Virus record (IMG/VR): IMGVR_UViG_3300025592_000986
Reading direction: 5' to 3' (one strand)
Origin: a virus
DNA length: 64,000 nucleotides
The position numbers and the translations under genes are program-made. The notes under the pieces are model-generated. The model saw only the letters and a program-made list of their open reading frames with translations, ran no database searches and was not told the origin of the DNA. Each line of letters starts with the position of its first letter. The first letter of the stretch is position 1. This document shows positions 20,597 to 31,052 of this stretch, one piece after another.

Positions 20597-21619
20597 TTAA
20601 TTTTTGACATTTTTGACCAACCTTTCTATGATTCTCATACTCACATTCTTGTTATCAAACAGATGTTCTAATCTAGCTTTTGCAAACTCATCTGCAAAAT
20701 CATTCGATGTAAGATGAAGTATTGCTGCTCGTAGGTCAACGTTTGAATTATTTGCTTCTATGCAGTACTTATATTTATACAAATAGTCGTGTGTCACCCT
20801 GTATTGTTTCTTAACCCCGTGTCTAACTTCTGGCTTTACATCAAAATTCAGTATTGGGGTGTCGTTCATCACACTTTCTTCTATCGTGGTTGATCCAAAA
20901 TTAATAACAAAGTCGCTAACCTCTAAAAGTTCTTGTGTTGTGTGTGGGTGCCAGGAATCGTCTTCAAAGTAATAATCCCCGTTATCTCTAAGTGTCTTAA
21001 TAGCGGTGGCGTTCAAAGGGTCTTTGCCTCTGGTTTTTACAAGTAAGGTATAACCCATTGATTTGACAGTGTTCAAAATGTTATCCACATCTACATTGTT
21101 TGCATCTCGCGTTTTAGGCCACACTATGAGCGCATTTTTCGAGTCGCTCAGATTATACTTCTCCAAGACTTCCTGTTTTGATATTTTTATGTCATATTTT
21201 GGAATCCCAAGATACAGGTTCTTTTTACTAGCAAGTCCGTAATATTCAGATATTGCTTTGCTTGGCATCAGTATATGATCAACAAAAGGCTCATACAGGT
21301 GGTGACTTTCAATAAAATCAGTTTGATAAGTTAGGACCGCTTTTTTAGCTACCTCGTTTGCCCTAACCAGGTCGATGCCCGTCTTTTCACTAGAAAACAA
21401 CACACCTGCGCAAGCTGTGACTGCCGAAAAATGACCAAGACTAACTCTGTTTTCTGACGTGAATGCTGATAATTCTTTTTTATGTCGCAAGGGGCAGTTG
21501 TATTTACCTGAAGGTCCGACAAAGAAAGTTGATTTCAAGCCCATATCGTTGCCCGCTTTGACTAGCGGTGCAAAATATCTAAGGTGAGTCATCTCAAGAA
21601 GTAAGAAATTAAGATTCAA
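20597..21619 (-). CDS. GT-B fold transferase (CDP-glycerol phosphotransferase / nonulosonyltransferase-like)
   Basis: GIPKYD and ELLEVSDFVINFGSTTIEE C-terminal motifs; next to neuA. Confidence 0.6.
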   Translation of the reverse strand: MNLNFLLLEMTHLRYFAPLVKAGNDMGLKSTFFVGPSGKYNCPLRHKKELSAFTSENRVSLGHFSAVTACAGVLFSSEKTGIDLVRANEVAKKAVLTYQTDFIESHHLYEPFVDHILMPSKAISEYYGLASKKNLYLGIPKYDIKISKQEVLEKYNLSDSKNALIVWPKTRDANNVDVDNILNTVKSMGYTLLVKTRGKDPLNATAIKTLRDNGDYYFEDDSWHPHTTQELLEVSDFVINFGSTTIEESVMNDTPILNFDVKPEVRHGVKKQYRVTHDYLYKYKYCIEANNSNVDLRAAILHLTSNDFADEFAKARLEHLFDNKNVSMRIIERLVKNVKN

Positions 21620-22220
21620 TCTTCAACTCCGCCAAAGTGTAGAACCTGTGTTTAACTGTATCTCGAAACGTCAGCAGGTTTTCTAAATGTATCCCATCGT
21701 CAGTGAGCATGGTTTGGGTGATAATTTGATCTTGATGGTTTGATTGGACTCCAAAGTCTTCTCCATACAGGTCGGGAAAGAATGGCAATATTGTCTTGCT
21801 GTTGTTCTTCTTCACAAAGACTGTCTTGCCCCCTATTAATTCGGGATTACCGGTCATGAAGTCAAATACAACCCTGTCATTTTTACTGCAGGTATGCTTA
21901 ATGTTGGAGACCAACATCTTAGCCGAGCTACATAAAAATAATATTCTTAACCCCACAACCAGGTCATACCCTTCGATATTCCAAGGACCGTGTACATCCC
22001 ATTTAAAAGAATTACCACCCTGATCATTGTCAATATCATAAAAGTGGTGTTCTAACCCATCTATGTCAGTCTTCGAAACAATACCGTCGAACATTTCTGT
22101 GTAATTCCTGTCCTGTTGTCCGAGCCAGGCGATCCTGTGACCCTCTTCTAGATTTTCGTTTATGTACTCAGAAACTTTCTGCGAGTACAACGGCATAACT
22201 ACTTTATCGCTCATTCCCAT
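21609..22220 (-). CDS. Putative SAM-dependent methyltransferase-like protein
   Basis: Degenerate IAWLG...FYDID...YDLVV pattern within the glycan island. Confidence 0.45.
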   Translation of the reverse strand: MGMSDKVVMPLYSQKVSEYINENLEEGHRIAWLGQQDRNYTEMFDGIVSKTDIDGLEHHFYDIDNDQGGNSFKWDVHGPWNIEGYDLVVGLRILFLCSSAKMLVSNIKHTCSKNDRVVFDFMTGNPELIGGKTVFVKKNNSKTILPFFPDLYGEDFGVQSNHQDQIITQTMLTDDGIHLENLLTFRDTVKHRFYTLAELKIES

Positions 22221-22927
22221 TATAAATTCTCCATAAAAACAAAATCAATGTTATTCTCGTGACTTTCTAAAAAATCTGACAGATTCACCATATGGTCCTC
22301 GCTGAGATAGTTCCTGTCCCATTCGCAGGCGTGATAAACTATGCCACAACTTTCTTTAATTTCTAGTTCTCTGAATGGTGGGAACACAGTGGAATAGTTC
22401 GACCTGTATTCTTTGTCTTTCCCTTGATAACTTTCTAGCGCATAATCTATGTCTGAAACAGCGAACAACTCGATTCCCTGCTCACTTAGCGCGTCCCAGG
22501 CTCGTGGGCCCATTCGCCAAGCGGGTGGTCTGAATATTGGTTTAAACACATCTGACAATCCTGCCTTCTCCACTTGATTCTTCATACTTTTAGTTCTTTT
22601 TACAGCCTCGTCGTACGTAATATCTAAAAACTCGTTGTTGTCGTTTTCGCCTGGGATCCCGTGATAGTACCCGTGGTAGCAAATTTCATAATTTTCTTTT
22701 GGAAGATTTTTTATCTCTTCGCAAAATTCTGGGTATTTCCAAATCACCAGCGGGTGTTGTGTTATTACTCCCGGTCTCTTCGTTCTCCAATATGCTATCG
22801 GAACAAACAGACTAAACTTTATGTTTGGAAATCTCCGAATCAGCTTCTCACACATCTTTAAAACTTTTGTTGACGCTTTTGGGTGCGGAGAAACGTCATC
22901 AATGCTTATGTTTACTCTGTATTTCAT
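22220..22927 (-). CDS. Polysaccharide deacetylase-like (NodB/DUF2334)
   Basis: ISIDDV, CYHGYYH, FRPPAW. Confidence 0.8.
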   Translation of the reverse strand: MKYRVNISIDDVSPHPKASTKVLKMCEKLIRRFPNIKFSLFVPIAYWRTKRPGVITQHPLVIWKYPEFCEEIKNLPKENYEICYHGYYHGIPGENDNNEFLDITYDEAVKRTKSMKNQVEKAGLSDVFKPIFRPPAWRMGPRAWDALSEQGIELFAVSDIDYALESYQGKDKEYRSNYSTVFPPFRELEIKESCGIVYHACEWDRNYLSEDHMVNLSDFLESHENNIDFVFMENL

Positions 22928-23832
22928 ATGTTATTAATCACCTCCAGGTACTTGGATACAACATCATCGTTGTTCCTATCGTAGGACATAGCCCTATTCT
23001 TATAAGTACTATATGAGGAGGCTACAAGCCTAACTGATTCCAACAAGCTTTCGAAAGTGTTAAACGACTCTCCGTAATCTTTGCAGTAATTATTTATGCT
23101 ACCACCTTCGTCGTGATAAACGATCGGCAAGCCACAACCTAAAGCCTCCACTACGTGATTCGCGCCCGCTTCCTCGATGCTAGCTGTGATATATATTTCG
23201 CTTTTCGGCAATTCCAAAGACAGGTCTATAGCTGCTATCGGGGCAGTGTGATTCTTGATCAGCACTTCTTCTGGTAATCTGCCGATGTATCTAAAGTCAA
23301 ACTCAAATGTCTTGTCGATGTGATTCTGCAGGAAACTGTAAAAATGAAATCCTTTTTTGGGATTCTTGGACCAGTGGTGGGTCACGAGGCGCGGTCTATT
23401 GGATATATCAAGCTCTGGCTGTCTGTTTGCATAAAATATCGACATTGGCGCGTTGTGAACGACCTCACAGTTATCCCCTTTGAAACCTATCCAGTCTCTT
23501 GCCCACTCGCTTGGAAATATCATAAAGTCGGATATTTCCAAAGTTTGAGCCACCAACTTCGTCAACTCCGGCTTACTGTGGGTGCCAAGATCTCCGACTC
23601 GCTGGATGATTCTTGTGTTTGGATTGGCGTTACGATAATTTATGAAGTGTTGATACCATTCTCCGTAATCATTTGGTCGCGGATCAATACAGAATATAAC
23701 ATCTATGTTTTCCTCAAGCCTGAAACATACGGTGTGGCCTTCTTGGCTAAGTTGTTTAACCAACTTGTTGACGGTCTTTATTCCGCCGCCCCAGGGGCCC
23801 TGCTTTGGTTGCCTGTTTATATAGATCTTCAT
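22924..23832 (-). CDS. Glycosyltransferase family 4 (GT-B)
   Basis: GPWGGG, KKGF, SIEEAGANHVVEALGCGLP; start taken at MKIYIN. Confidence 0.85.
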   Translation of the reverse strand: MKIYINRQPKQGPWGGGIKTVNKLVKQLSQEGHTVCFRLEENIDVIFCIDPRPNDYGEWYQHFINYRNANPNTRIIQRVGDLGTHSKPELTKLVAQTLEISDFMIFPSEWARDWIGFKGDNCEVVHNAPMSIFYANRQPELDISNRPRLVTHHWSKNPKKGFHFYSFLQNHIDKTFEFDFRYIGRLPEEVLIKNHTAPIAAIDLSLELPKSEIYITASIEEAGANHVVEALGCGLPIVYHDEGGSINNYCKDYGESFNTFESLLESVRLVASSYSTYKNRAMSYDRNNDDVVSKYLEVINNI

Positions 23833-23913
23833 AGTTAGCCTCCGTAAGCTACGTAACCTATAATGTAGCAAGAGCCGAAAAATATACCTGCAATCCGCAA
23901 CGCTTCGAGCATC

Positions 23914-24843
23914 TTAAATCTGGGCTCCGACTAAATTAGGGTCGGACTTAAGCTTTATCCATTGGCCGTGGTCATCGATGGGTAGTTTCCAGCCGTTGGA
24001 AATAGCTATCTCCTCTATACCCACAGGTACAGTTGCATCTTCGTGAACCTCCACTAAGGTTTCATAATCGTGTATTTCGTAATACAGGACGCCGTTTGGG
24101 TCATTGGGGGGAGTCCAGTAATCACCGTATCTCAAATCGCCTCTAACTCTTGCGTTCCCGCCTTGCTCATTAAAAATGCCAATCGAAACAGGGATCATCC
24201 CGGACGCATAGTACTTTACAGTACCCTTACTTTTAAAGAGTTCTTGCATCTTTTTAAGCATTTTTGTCTCAGAATCTTGGCCACCTTCGTGCGAGTCGTT
24301 GTTGGTCGACCACGGAGCCATCTGCTGTAGTGTTTCTTTCGAAATCATACAATTCATTGCTCCCATAACTGGGGGGCGATTGTAATGATAAGTGAACTTG
24401 AAATCATCACCTAGGATGTTTGAAAACACTCCAGACTGATTTCTTACTGTCCTTTGGGCGTCGAAAGAAACACAGCCAGTCGTATCATCAAATTTTTGAA
24501 AGAACTCAACGTATTCATTCAGCCAACCGCCGCGAATGACAAACTGTACGTCTGCGGGTATCATAGCGACATAGTCTCCAGTGGAGTTCTCTGCCAAGAT
24601 ATTTAACGCCCTAGCATATTCGTTCGAAGGGTCTCTTTCTTTTTGTTTATATACTTTAAAGCCTCGATCCCTCAATTCTTCTAAGTATTCGTCTGTACCA
24701 TCTTCCGTCGAAGCATTGTCTACGACCAATATTTCTTTGTTTTTGTAATCTTCTGTACATAAAAGAAAAGATTCCACACAACTTCTCAAGTAGTGTAGCC
24801 TATTGCAATTGACAAAACCAAATGACACTTTAGGTTGACTCAT
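23914..24843 (-). CDS. Glycosyltransferase family 2
   Basis: CNRLHYLR, VVDNASTED. Confidence 0.85.
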   Translation of the reverse strand: MSQPKVSFGFVNCNRLHYLRSCVESFLLCTEDYKNKEILVVDNASTEDGTDEYLEELRDRGFKVYKQKERDPSNEYARALNILAENSTGDYVAMIPADVQFVIRGGWLNEYVEFFQKFDDTTGCVSFDAQRTVRNQSGVFSNILGDDFKFTYHYNRPPVMGAMNCMISKETLQQMAPWSTNNDSHEGGQDSETKMLKKMQELFKSKGTVKYYASGMIPVSIGIFNEQGGNARVRGDLRYGDYWTPPNDPNGVLYYEIHDYETLVEVHEDATVPVGIEEIAISNGWKLPIDDHGQWIKLKSDPNLVGAQI

Positions 24844-25520
24844 ATTTTTACTCCTACAAATTCTCCATTTAAGAGATTTGGATATTCTTGATTTCTGTAT
24901 ATAATAATTGGCTCGTGGTCGGACAGTGGTTTGTATTTCGCTGCGCTCCAGTCCTTGTTCTCTCTTAAAAACTCATCAACTGCAGGTTTAACACCTTTTT
25001 TTTCAGACTCGGTTTCGATTCTTTTTGTTGCATCAGGATTGTCTTTGTATTCTTCAAAGTCTGCAAAGTACTCGTCTTTTTCAGACCACCTACCGTCATA
25101 ATCATCGAATATAACAATACCTCCTTGCAAAAGAAGATCGTTGATTTGTTCAAGCTCTCTCTTTACAGTATAGTAATTATGATCCCCATCGATAAGCATC
25201 AGGTGGAAATACCCGTTAGTCGCACCCATATCTCGCAGCTCGGATGTCATATTCGGCAAATACTCCAGACTCGACATACGATAAAAATCAAACGATTGCT
25301 CGGCTGTCGTACTATTTTTCATCAATTCCAATTGAACAAGAAGCTCGTCGCGTGTAATAATGTCATTTCCCACAAGGTGAAATTTATCTTTATTGATAGA
25401 CAACCAGTTCAACAAGGGTAAAAGCATCTGCCCTTTGTCCACTCCAACTTCCAGGACCCTTGGATTTTCTATATCTCTTAGAAACACTTTGATAACATCG
25501 AAATAACCCCAGTATGCCAT
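24840..25520 (-). CDS. Class I SAM-dependent methyltransferase (Methyltransf_24-like)
   Basis: LEVGVDKG, IDGDHNY, GGIVIFDDY. Confidence 0.85.
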   Translation of the reverse strand: MAYWGYFDVIKVFLRDIENPRVLEVGVDKGQMLLPLLNWLSINKDKFHLVGNDIITRDELLVQLELMKNSTTAEQSFDFYRMSSLEYLPNMTSELRDMGATNGYFHLMLIDGDHNYYTVKRELEQINDLLLQGGIVIFDDYDGRWSEKDEYFADFEEYKDNPDATKRIETESEKKGVKPAVDEFLRENKDWSAAKYKPLSDHEPIIIYRNQEYPNLLNGEFVGVKI

Positions 25521-26485
25521 TATATTACCCCCCTTGCGATCAAGTTATCACCATCTTTTAAACCTAACTTCTTGAACAATTCGTCTGCCCAGTATTCTTG
25601 ACCTTCAAAGCCTACCCTGTGCAAAACTATTGCAGAAAACCAACCAGTCTTGACCACAACCCCGTTAAAGTCCGTCCTGACGATTGTACCCGGTTCGAAA
25701 CTGGTGGCACACCTTGTGGTACTAATCGTCCACAATCTCAAATCGCCAAATTCCAGAGGAACAAAGGCTCCAGGATATGGATGTGTCAACCCTCTAACGT
25801 AATCTGAGATCTTTGTAGCTTGCCAGCTTAGATCCACTATACCATCTTTTGGCGTTCTTTTATAATATCTTGTGGCCCCACTTTCGTCCTGGTGGTTTAG
25901 CACCTCCGAATTTGAAGCTATTCTTGGGATCGTCCTCTTTATCATCTTTATAGCTGTCTCATCAACCTTATGGTAGGCGGTTCTTATGTCGTCTCTCGAC
26001 CTTATAACAAACGGCTCAAAGTCAACAATATCGCCAGTGTCAGTCTTTGATTCCATAACAAAAAGACTATTACCCCACTCAAATTCACAACCGTTACTTT
26101 CAATTATTTTCCAATTCATTATGGCTGCGCCTCGGCCGGCGGGTAATGGCGAGGGGTGTATTCCAAGACAATACCTTTTGGGAATGTCTAGTATGCTTTG
26201 TTTGAAAATTTGGGACCATCCGCACTGTATGATCAAATCACAGTCAGTCCCTTTAATCCATTCTTGTTCGGAGTTTATATCACCAGTCCACAGCATTCTG
26301 TATTTAGATTCAAAGTCTCCAAGGCTGTCGTAATTTGATTTAGACCTCCCCTTAGATTCATCTAGGCCTATGACGCCAGCAATCTCGCATATACCCTCTA
26401 AACAATTTATTACTTTTCTGGCTAATGGTGTGCAGCCGACAACAACTACCCTTAAGTCTGGCCTGACAGTATCTTGCTTGCCCAT
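25520..26485 (-). CDS. Sugar N-formyltransferase (Fmt/ArnA-like)
   Basis: HPSPLPAGRG, DTGDI, RGLTHPYPGA; glycan-island context. Confidence 0.85.
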   Translation of the reverse strand: MGKQDTVRPDLRVVVVGCTPLARKVINCLEGICEIAGVIGLDESKGRSKSNYDSLGDFESKYRMLWTGDINSEQEWIKGTDCDLIIQCGWSQIFKQSILDIPKRYCLGIHPSPLPAGRGAAIMNWKIIESNGCEFEWGNSLFVMESKTDTGDIVDFEPFVIRSRDDIRTAYHKVDETAIKMIKRTIPRIASNSEVLNHQDESGATRYYKRTPKDGIVDLSWQATKISDYVRGLTHPYPGAFVPLEFGDLRLWTISTTRCATSFEPGTIVRTDFNGVVVKTGWFSAIVLHRVGFEGQEYWADELFKKLGLKDGDNLIARGVI

Positions 26486-27009
26486 CTTCTCGCTATCTCC
26501 TTGTGACCTTTGTTAGTAAAGTGAACATTGTCAATGTAGTCCACCTCTACACCAGACATATCACAAACGGAAAAGCCCATTTCCACACTCAATTTGTGTA
26601 TAACAGAATTGTAAACCTCTATTTTGTCAGTGTTCTTATAATACAAGGGTGTGAAGCCTAGTCTTGGAAGGGTTCCAACCATAACATGCATTCCGTGGAT
26701 CTTGCACATATTGATGATCTGTCTTAAATTGTCTTCATAGACTTCACTGGGTGTGTTTTTTTGAGTGTCGTTTGTACCAATAAGTATTAGGGCTATTTTT
26801 GAATCTTTGTGGGACTTACAAGCCCCCCAAGTTCTTTTAAGGAGGTCTACACTGGTCTCACCACTGATGCCGTAGTTATGGCATATGTAGTGTTCGCCAG
26901 TGTGTCCAGTCAATATCCTGGATAGTTCTATAGTTGGGGACCTCCCGAACTCGTCTCTCGCGCCATATGTGATCGAATCACCAAGACAAAGTATTTCATT
27001 CCAAATCAT
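26452..27009 (-). CDS. SGNH/GDSL hydrolase
   Basis: GDSIT, GISG, GTND, DNVH. Confidence 0.9.
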   Translation of the reverse strand: MIWNEILCLGDSITYGARDEFGRSPTIELSRILTGHTGEHYICHNYGISGETSVDLLKRTWGACKSHKDSKIALILIGTNDTQKNTPSEVYEDNLRQIINMCKIHGMHVMVGTLPRLGFTPLYYKNTDKIEVYNSVIHKLSVEMGFSVCDMSGVEVDYIDNVHFTNKGHKEIARRWASKILSGQT

Positions 27010-27953
27010 AATCTATAATGCTCTTTCATCCATTGCACTGTTTCCCAAACACCTTCTTCCAGTGATACTGTATCTTTGTGATCTAAATCTCTTACCGATT
27101 TTGAATTATCCACCAGTTTGTGCTTGGTTGTCAAGATCTCGCTATGCGCCTTATAGGTGACGAGGTTTGGATCCGCTTGTGTGAATTTGACCAGTAACTC
27201 AGCAAGATGCTCGATTGTGTGTTCTGATTTAGAAGCAATATTATAAACCTCCCCATCAATAAAATTGTCAGCTATATTGGCGAGCGTTCTAACACTGTCG
27301 TATATGTATGTGCTCGTTCTAGAATGGCCTTTATACACGGTAATTGGCTTGCCGGTCAGCAGGTCGTATGTAAACAGGCAGTTGACACTTCTGAACGGAT
27401 GATACCATTCTCCAGGACCGTAGGTATTAAAAAACCTGACTAGGACAGTCTCTGTACTGAATTGTTGTCGAGAATTGAATGCCTGCATCTCGTTGACCCT
27501 CTTACTCATAGCATAGTCGTTCATTTGAGGAATAGGGGTTTTCTCAAGCACGTCTTCATACATAACACCCTCATAGTCGCCGTAAACCTCTGACGAAGAA
27601 CAGTGGACCAATTTAAACCCAAGCTTCTCTTGCAATCTAATTATATTTTTCATTCCAATGACATTGGATTTCCAAACTTTTTCATAAAAATGTTCACCGT
27701 TCCAGCGACCAAATTCTGCGGCACAGTTGTAGACCAGATCAGGCTTAACATACTCAATAACCTCTTGTATTTGCCTGTACTCTCCAATGTCACATCGGAA
27801 GTAATCGTCATCCTTGATTTTTCCCATACCATGGCCGTATTTTCTATCTGTATGAAACAAGTCAACACCAAAAACTTTATGTCCTCGGATTTTTAGTATC
27901 TCCTCCAATTTACTACCAATGACGCCTTGGACGCCTGTCACCAAAATCTTCAC
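27006..27953 (-). CDS. NAD-dependent epimerase/dehydratase
   Basis: TGVQGVIG, SSSEVYG, YAMSK, RFFNTYGP. Confidence 0.9.
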   Translation of the reverse strand: MKILVTGVQGVIGSKLEEILKIRGHKVFGVDLFHTDRKYGHGMGKIKDDDYFRCDIGEYRQIQEVIEYVKPDLVYNCAAEFGRWNGEHFYEKVWKSNVIGMKNIIRLQEKLGFKLVHCSSSEVYGDYEGVMYEDVLEKTPIPQMNDYAMSKRVNEMQAFNSRQQFSTETVLVRFFNTYGPGEWYHPFRSVNCLFTYDLLTGKPITVYKGHSRTSTYIYDSVRTLANIADNFIDGEVYNIASKSEHTIEHLAELLVKFTQADPNLVTYKAHSEILTTKHKLVDNSKSVRDLDHKDTVSLEEGVWETVQWMKEHYRL

Positions 27954-29573
27954 TTATTTTCTCCTCACTAACAAATCGAGATCATAAAAATATAAATAAT
28001 CTATTTCTGTACCTAGGAAGCAACTTATCGCGTGCTCTGGTGTTTCGCAGATGGGTTCTCTGTCGTTGAAGCTCGTGTTCAAAAGGACGGGGACACCACT
28101 TTTTTCGTGCCACTTCGTCAAAAGGTCGAAATACCACTCGTTATCATTCTTGGTCACTGTCTGGAGTCTTGCTGAGCCATCAAAATGAACCACAGCAGGA
28201 ACCTTGTCTCTGACTTCTTCCTTGAATTTTATAACAAAGCTCATATATGGGCTGTCTTCCTCTCTCTCGAACCACTTGGAGACTTCGCTTCTAAGAATCG
28301 AGGGAGCAAAAGGTCGGAACCATTGGCGGTGTTTCACCTTTTCGTTTATAATATCCTTCATCTTTTTGCTTCTCGGGTCAGCAAGAATGCTCCTGTTGCC
28401 AAGTGCACGGCGGCCGGACTCCGAACCACCTCCATAGACTGCCACGATTTTTTGATCGTCAAGAAGATCTACAACCTCTGAGACACTCGACTGAGAAGTC
28501 TCGATCTTATCTTTCATCGTCTCGATAGTTGGCAAAATTTTACTCTTGTGGTCAGCACCAAGGTATGGAGTGTAATTATCTTCCCAAGTTATTCTCGGAT
28601 TGTCCAAGATAGAATGCCACAAAAACTGGGCTGCGCCGATGGTTAAGCCACCATCGTGTGGTGTGGGGGTTACGTATAAACTTTGGTCAGCAAACCACTC
28701 AAGGCATTTGCCCATAACAACTGAGTTGAGTGAGACGCCGCCTGCAAAACATATATTATCGCACTGGTGCTGGTCTACGAACTCGGACAACAAGGAGTGC
28801 AGATACCTTTCCGTTGCGGCTTGAAGCCCAGCAGCCAAATCAAACTTCTCCTGCTCGCTTGAATTGGCAAGGTCTGTCCACTTGCCGAGATATGGATGAC
28901 GAGGGTCTGTGCCTACATTTGCGCCTCGTGGTTGACCGGATGGTTTATAAGAAGCGGCCTGTGAGTCTCTCTCAAGCATATTGTAGAAGTCGAAAAAGTA
29001 CTTATGCTTATCTCCCATAGCGGCCATCGCCATAACTGTTCCAGCCTGATGGCCCGTTGGCCATCCAGACTGCATTCCAAAAACATATCTAGTTACGCGG
29101 GTCCAAACGCCGCCGATGTTAACTTGGCTGATAGGAAACACTTTTATCGGCTTTATCTTGTTCCCCTCACCTTCCCAGACAGTAAATGCGGTGATTGAAC
29201 CATTCTCGTCTTCCATTCCGCCGCCGTCCATAGTGAATATCAGGGCCTTATCGAAGTTGCTGGAATAGAAAGCATTCGCCGCGTGGGCTTGATGGTGACT
29301 TATTACGTGCATCTTTCCGCCGTTATCTGCGATGATGCCCTCTAGTTTGCTTAGAGAATCCGGGTGTTGCTTCAGTTTTTTGAAAGAAAAGTTTGTAATA
29401 AAGTGCTTGACGTCGCTAACGTCGCCCATTTCGTCAAACATAAATTGCACACCGTCACCGGCAGGCTCTTTCTCCCTAATGTATCTTTCATATTCTGCGT
29501 GGATTACAGGTCGTCCACCATCCAAAATACAAAAAGAGCAGTCGTGACCTGACCAGGCGCTTGCAATCTTCAT
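27954..29573 (-). CDS. Carbamoyltransferase (NodU/CmcH family)
   Basis: GHD, HHQAHA, DGGG, GGVSLN, GRRALGNRS, RPFAPS, LLNTSFN. Confidence 0.95.
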   Translation of the reverse strand: MKIASAWSGHDCSFCILDGGRPVIHAEYERYIREKEPAGDGVQFMFDEMGDVSDVKHFITNFSFKKLKQHPDSLSKLEGIIADNGGKMHVISHHQAHAANAFYSSNFDKALIFTMDGGGMEDENGSITAFTVWEGEGNKIKPIKVFPISQVNIGGVWTRVTRYVFGMQSGWPTGHQAGTVMAMAAMGDKHKYFFDFYNMLERDSQAASYKPSGQPRGANVGTDPRHPYLGKWTDLANSSEQEKFDLAAGLQAATERYLHSLLSEFVDQHQCDNICFAGGVSLNSVVMGKCLEWFADQSLYVTPTPHDGGLTIGAAQFLWHSILDNPRITWEDNYTPYLGADHKSKILPTIETMKDKIETSQSSVSEVVDLLDDQKIVAVYGGGSESGRRALGNRSILADPRSKKMKDIINEKVKHRQWFRPFAPSILRSEVSKWFEREEDSPYMSFVIKFKEEVRDKVPAVVHFDGSARLQTVTKNDNEWYFDLLTKWHEKSGVPVLLNTSFNDREPICETPEHAISCFLGTEIDYLYFYDLDLLVRRK

Positions 29574-29951
29574 CTAATCTCCCTTTATCACTCTGTGTGA
29601 GTCTTCGTCAAAATGTTCCGTAGAGAATTCAAACAATTCGCTATCTTCTATCGCATACATTTGGTGTCTAAGACCCCTATATACGTGAAAAGCTTGTCCA
29701 GGTAATAGTGTTAACTCTTCAGCATTGTTTATATCATCTTCTTCGGAATATTTTATCAACATTTTTCCAGATTGTAAGTAGAAGACTTCATCTTTTTTTA
29801 CGTGATAATGCCAAGAGCATCTCTTACCAATTTCAAAGTATAACAATTTGCCGCAATATTCGGATTTGTTCACTATCCATTTTTCGAAACCCCAGCCTTT
29901 TTTTACGAATTTGATATCTTGTATGTGCGTATCACTCACTGAAGTAGGCAT
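29574..29951 (-). CDS. Cupin-domain protein (sugar-phosphate isomerase-like)
   Basis: KGWGFE, SWHYH...KDEVF, RHQM. Confidence 0.85.
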   Translation of the reverse strand: MPTSVSDTHIQDIKFVKKGWGFEKWIVNKSEYCGKLLYFEIGKRCSWHYHVKKDEVFYLQSGKMLIKYSEEDDINNAEELTLLPGQAFHVYRGLRHQMYAIEDSELFEFSTEHFDEDSHRVIKGD

Positions 29952-30252
29952 CGTGATTTACCCCCTTATCATCTATGTAAATATCTCCAGATGGTTTGCC
30001 AAGAAACAAGCTGTGATATTTAACACCCCAAGAATTTAACTGCTCTCTGGTGAAATCATAAAAAAGTTTTGTCGCCGTGACTGGATCATCTTTTGTTCTG
30101 CCCATACCCCTGGCGGTATAGAAAACTATTTCGTTTCCCCGTTCAAAAAGATCGTTGATGTGTCGTATTCTTCTTTCGTACGGCGATGCCTTGGAATAGT
30201 CACCCTCAGTGGTAGTACAAATTGTACCATCAATATCAAAAACGTACTTCAC
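29932..30252 (-). CDS. Capless HAD phosphatase (capsule-biosynthesis type)
   Basis: FDIDGT, YTARG, GKP...YIDDK. Confidence 0.85.
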   Translation of the reverse strand: MKYVFDIDGTICTTTEGDYSKASPYERRIRHINDLFERGNEIVFYTARGMGRTKDDPVTATKLFYDFTREQLNSWGVKYHSLFLGKPSGDIYIDDKGVNHDAYFSE

Positions 30253-31052
30253 GACACTTCCCCCAGGCTTGGTGCATAGTTTCCAAACTTTTGTACAGAG
30301 ATGGCTGCGACTTTGTTCGCAAAATCAATCGCAGTTGAGATGCTAGAGAAAGACATATAGTGCGTCACGAAGGCAGACAAAAAAGTGTCTCCTGCGCCGC
30401 AGACGTCAAAAACTTCTGTTTTGACCGTAGAATATATATCGTCCCTGTACATTGCGCCCATTGCGCCCAAGGTCGTCACCATTTCACAGTTAGTAGGGTA
30501 CTTAGTGATCTTTTCATATTCTGACTGGTTTAGTTTTATCACGCAACCTTCGAAACAAGTTAGATCCGTCTTTTTCGTGTCAACAAATATCGGCTTGTTG
30601 TAGTGTCTGGCCAAATCGACTAGATCCCTACAAGCACTGCTGGGTAGAAAACCTTTGTTATAGTCGGATATAACCAAACAATCGTAGTCTTCCAGACTGC
30701 CAACTCGGTCATCGAACGCATCGAATCCTGAATTTATCCTTAGAGGTTCTATCTTTTCACTCTCCCCCCTGTCGACTCGGAGGATATGCTGCATATTCCT
30801 ACTGCAAACGTACCTCTCCTTTCTTATCTCTTCTAGATTCGTGATTATGGTGGTTTCGTTGCCCAAACTATTTAAGTTCGTGGCTACGTTTAGTGCCATC
30901 CCAGGCTTGGATTCTGATTTTTCGATCTTCAGTATAGGTACTGGTGCTTCAGGGCTTATTCTATCGCAAGTGCCGTAATTGTAGACATCAATGCAGGAGT
31001 CACCTACCACCAAAATTTTTGATTGCTTTAGTTGATGAATATCCTTCAACAT
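30249..31052 (-). CDS. hldA: Heptose-7-phosphate kinase (HldE/RfaE domain I, PfkB family)
   Basis: RISPEAPVP, SDYNKG, DVCGAGDTF. Confidence 0.9.
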   Translation of the reverse strand: MLKDIHQLKQSKILVVGDSCIDVYNYGTCDRISPEAPVPILKIEKSESKPGMALNVATNLNSLGNETTIITNLEEIRKERYVCSRNMQHILRVDRGESEKIEPLRINSGFDAFDDRVGSLEDYDCLVISDYNKGFLPSSACRDLVDLARHYNKPIFVDTKKTDLTCFEGCVIKLNQSEYEKITKYPTNCEMVTTLGAMGAMYRDDIYSTVKTEVFDVCGAGDTFLSAFVTHYMSFSSISTAIDFANKVAAISVQKFGNYAPSLGEVS

